From the NCBI RefSeq assembly GCF_001194135.2, contig NC_068984.1:54542589-54606588 (forward strand): a stretch of 64,000 nucleotides of DNA, given 5' to 3'. Source of the DNA: Octopus bimaculoides (taxonomy: Eukaryota). Both the position numbers and the translations under genes were made by a program. Every line of letters begins with the position of its first letter. Positions within the stretch are counted from its first letter, which is position 1. Under the pieces are notes generated by a model that was given only the letters and a program-made list of their open reading frames with translations, was not told the DNA's origin and did not search any database. Shown in pieces: positions 61,364 through 64,000 of the stretch.

Positions 61364-63329
61364 TATATATATATATATACATTTATATATCAGGCACACT
61401 TGCACACAATAGTCATATTACACCGATCACAATAAGCTGAATTGGTTATATTTGTCATATATGTTGTTGTGGAAGGAGCACTGCTGTTCAAAATAATAGT
61501 TTGTTCGATTACCAGCCACAGGTATGATGATCTGTATCACGTTTCCGGAATTGTACAGTGTTTATCCTTAGCCAAATCATTCAGTTAATGCTAGATCTTT
61601 CGCTTTAATGTTAAGAGGGTAAGATATAGCCATAAGTAGGTACAACACACAGCTGTAAACAGTTATAATATTTTGCAAATTACACCAAGTTTTTTTAAAT
61701 TTTGATTTCTAATTCTATCGAAGCAGCGAGAAACCATTAGAACGTATTCTTTTCTATGATATCCTAAAATTAGTAAAACCAGCAGGAATTTAATATTTTC
61801 GTGACATCCTTAAATGTCGTTAAACAGAAGCGTAGAGGAAGGAGAAACACAACAATAACAGCAATACGAGCAACAAACAACCATTACCGCTACATATACT
61901 GTATGGTGTTAGCTATTCATTAAACTGCAGAAGAATTAATTAGACCCGTTTGTGCTAATGTTTCGCCTCTGCCTAATAAAACTTGATCATTTTAGCCCAT
62001 GTGAAGAGCAAACGGTCTCCCCGCATATACTTTCTCTCTCCACCTCTCTCTCTTTCTATTTGTTTGATTTTGTAGACATGTCTGTAAAGACACTTTTTTT
62101 AATAACTTGATGGATATGATTAAATTTATACCCAATCTAATATATAACTGATTAATGGAATGTTTATAAATCTCTCGAAAGTGACGAATAATAAATGATA
62201 CTGACTTCTTAACATCACCGTACGATCCTATTAATGTTGGAATTTTATTTTTCTACTTTATATTTCTTCTTTTATATTTTAGTTCATACGATTTTTCTGT
62301 TTTGTTTTCGGTGGAACTGCAAAATATGCAAAACTGCTTTGTATTTGTTTTTATAATTATAATCGATCAGAACAGAGTCCCGAGTGTCACGACACTATGC
62401 TACATCTGTTATCAAACGATTGGAAAAGAAGCCAAAGAGCATAGGTGAACTAATCTCTTTTCTAAATCATTATTGTTGATTAGATTAAAACAATCAGACA
62501 GTAGAAACACACAAACCAACAAAAATACTCTATTTTCTTGTCGTAAGTTACCGTAATGTTTATTATTTGCAGTTGGGTATGATTGATCATGACAAATGAG
62601 TATGACTAACATATTTGTGACGTAAAATATAATCGGCATGCACTCATTCCCTTCAATAGCTCTTTAGCAATGGGTATCTAGGGTTGCTCTTACAGATTCC
62701 TAAAGCAGCTAAGAAGAATTTTACTATTACTAACTACTTTATAATAAATACATAATTCTGTTTCATAACATACAAAGCGTTCTTCCTCATGTTGGCAGTT
62801 CAAATCCAGTTGGGACATCATCCAAAGGTCAATAAAAGGATATGTATGGTAGTCGACTTGATTGTCGCTTTCTCATACTAAGTTTAGCTTAGTTTCAACG
62901 TGAGAAATCCTCACAATTTACACTAAAGCCAATAATTCTCACTGTTTGTACTGTACCAGAATTAAATTTGCTTATCATTCATTGAGTTCAATAAAATGAA
63001 TATTGATTCTAGTCGTTGACTGGTGCTTAGTTTTTCGATCTTGAAAGGAAGAAAGGCAACGTAGACCTTAGCTTGATTTGAACACTAATCTCCTATTTTC
63101 AGTGTTACCGTCACTCGCCTGCGTCGATAAAATAAATATTAGTAATGCATTGGAATTACTTCATTCAGCTGCATTCGTACTAAAGTTTTTATGTCCGAGA
63201 AACTGTTGGTTTTTAGTCTAACAAAGAAATGATATTGCAGGCTATACTCCTGGTATTAATAGAAGTCCATAAAAGATTTTCTTTCAGTTTAGTGGTATGC
63301 AGTATAAACATATGACTGTACAACTATCT

Positions 63330-64000
63330 ATTGCTGTAAACTATTTTCTGGGTCCAATTTTAGATTAATATGTTTGAGAAGAGGAAATCCAGCAATCTAC
63401 ATTAAGAATCCACTGCGATTTATAGATTCGCCTAATTTAACCACTATCATGAAGAAAGATTGCAAAGCGTCGAAAAGCAAGAGATATGCTTCGGTAAAGT
63501 TGAAACTATGATGGTGTTTCAACTAATAACTCCGGAGAACATATATTACAACTGAAATATAGAAACTGAAAGAATTTCTGCTGAAGCAAAAGTACCCGTC
63601 ACGACTCATAGAAAATGGTATTCAGCGGGCTTCGAAAATACCCATACAACAACTGAGGACACCGCAAAGAAAAGACAAACCGGATAAGATCATTCCATTT
63701 ATAGTGACACAAAATCTATGCCACCAGAACATCTTTAATATCGCCAAAGCGAACTTACCGATCCTTGCACAAAGTAAGGAATTAAGAAATATCATTACAG
63801 ATCAAAATATAACTCTCAGTAAGAGACAACCTAAAAACTTGAAAAAGCTATTAACAAAGGCAAGGTTTGACCTCAGCAACAAACATCAAACATTCACTGT
63901 ATCCAAATGCAATGATAGCCGATGCGGTACATGCCGATCAATCCTTACCGGCCCATATATGAACACAAAAACAGGGAAAATATTCACCAATGCGAACATG
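63330..64000 (+). mobile_element. Penelope-like element (RT C-terminus running into the GIY-YIG region), continues past the window
   Basis: The frame 63563-64000 is open with no stop: KLKEFLLKQKYPSRLIENGI...IPFIVT...KRQPKNLKKLLTKARF...KCNDSRCGTC...NANM. This is the usual PLE linker and Cys motif preceding GIY-YIG. A stop sits at 63560-63562. Confidence 0.8.

Noticed and set aside
62618-62625. CRE-like TGACGTAA as a CCK promoter element
   Set aside because: A single 8-mer about 5 kb from the coding exon, with no mapped first exon; it is expected by chance.

Overview
AT-rich, repeat-dense animal DNA with many microsatellites and N-gaps. The SINE/LINE repertoire and the neuropeptide sequence point to a coleoid cephalopod, most likely Octopus (inference). 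Only one intact host gene is recognisable: a cholecystokinin/sulfakinin-type (CCK/SK) neuropeptide precursor on the minus strand (57212-57616). Its whole ORF is in one exon behind a splice acceptor and encodes GAWYYDYGLGGGRF-amide and DYDEYGLGGGRF-amide. About 3.5 kb downstream on the same strand is a heavily decayed rhodopsin-class GPCR pseudogene that the ORF track misses. The rest is mobile-element debris: tRNA-derived SINEs, Tx1/L1-like LINE pieces, R4/Dong-like RLE-LINEs stacked in (TAA)n tracts, RTE-type fragments, two Penelope-like elements and three mariner remnants. The most unusual observations are (i) a short dispersed repeat carrying a Penelope-type minimal hammerhead-ribozyme motif, present twice, (ii) three SINEs chained by one reiterated target-site motif, (iii) a LINE patchwork with a ~200-bp near-perfect inverted duplication, and (iv) an R4/Dong copy with a 5' inversion. 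Element boundaries are approximate unless TSDs or TIRs are quoted, and family assignments rest on manual motif recognition, not database searches.
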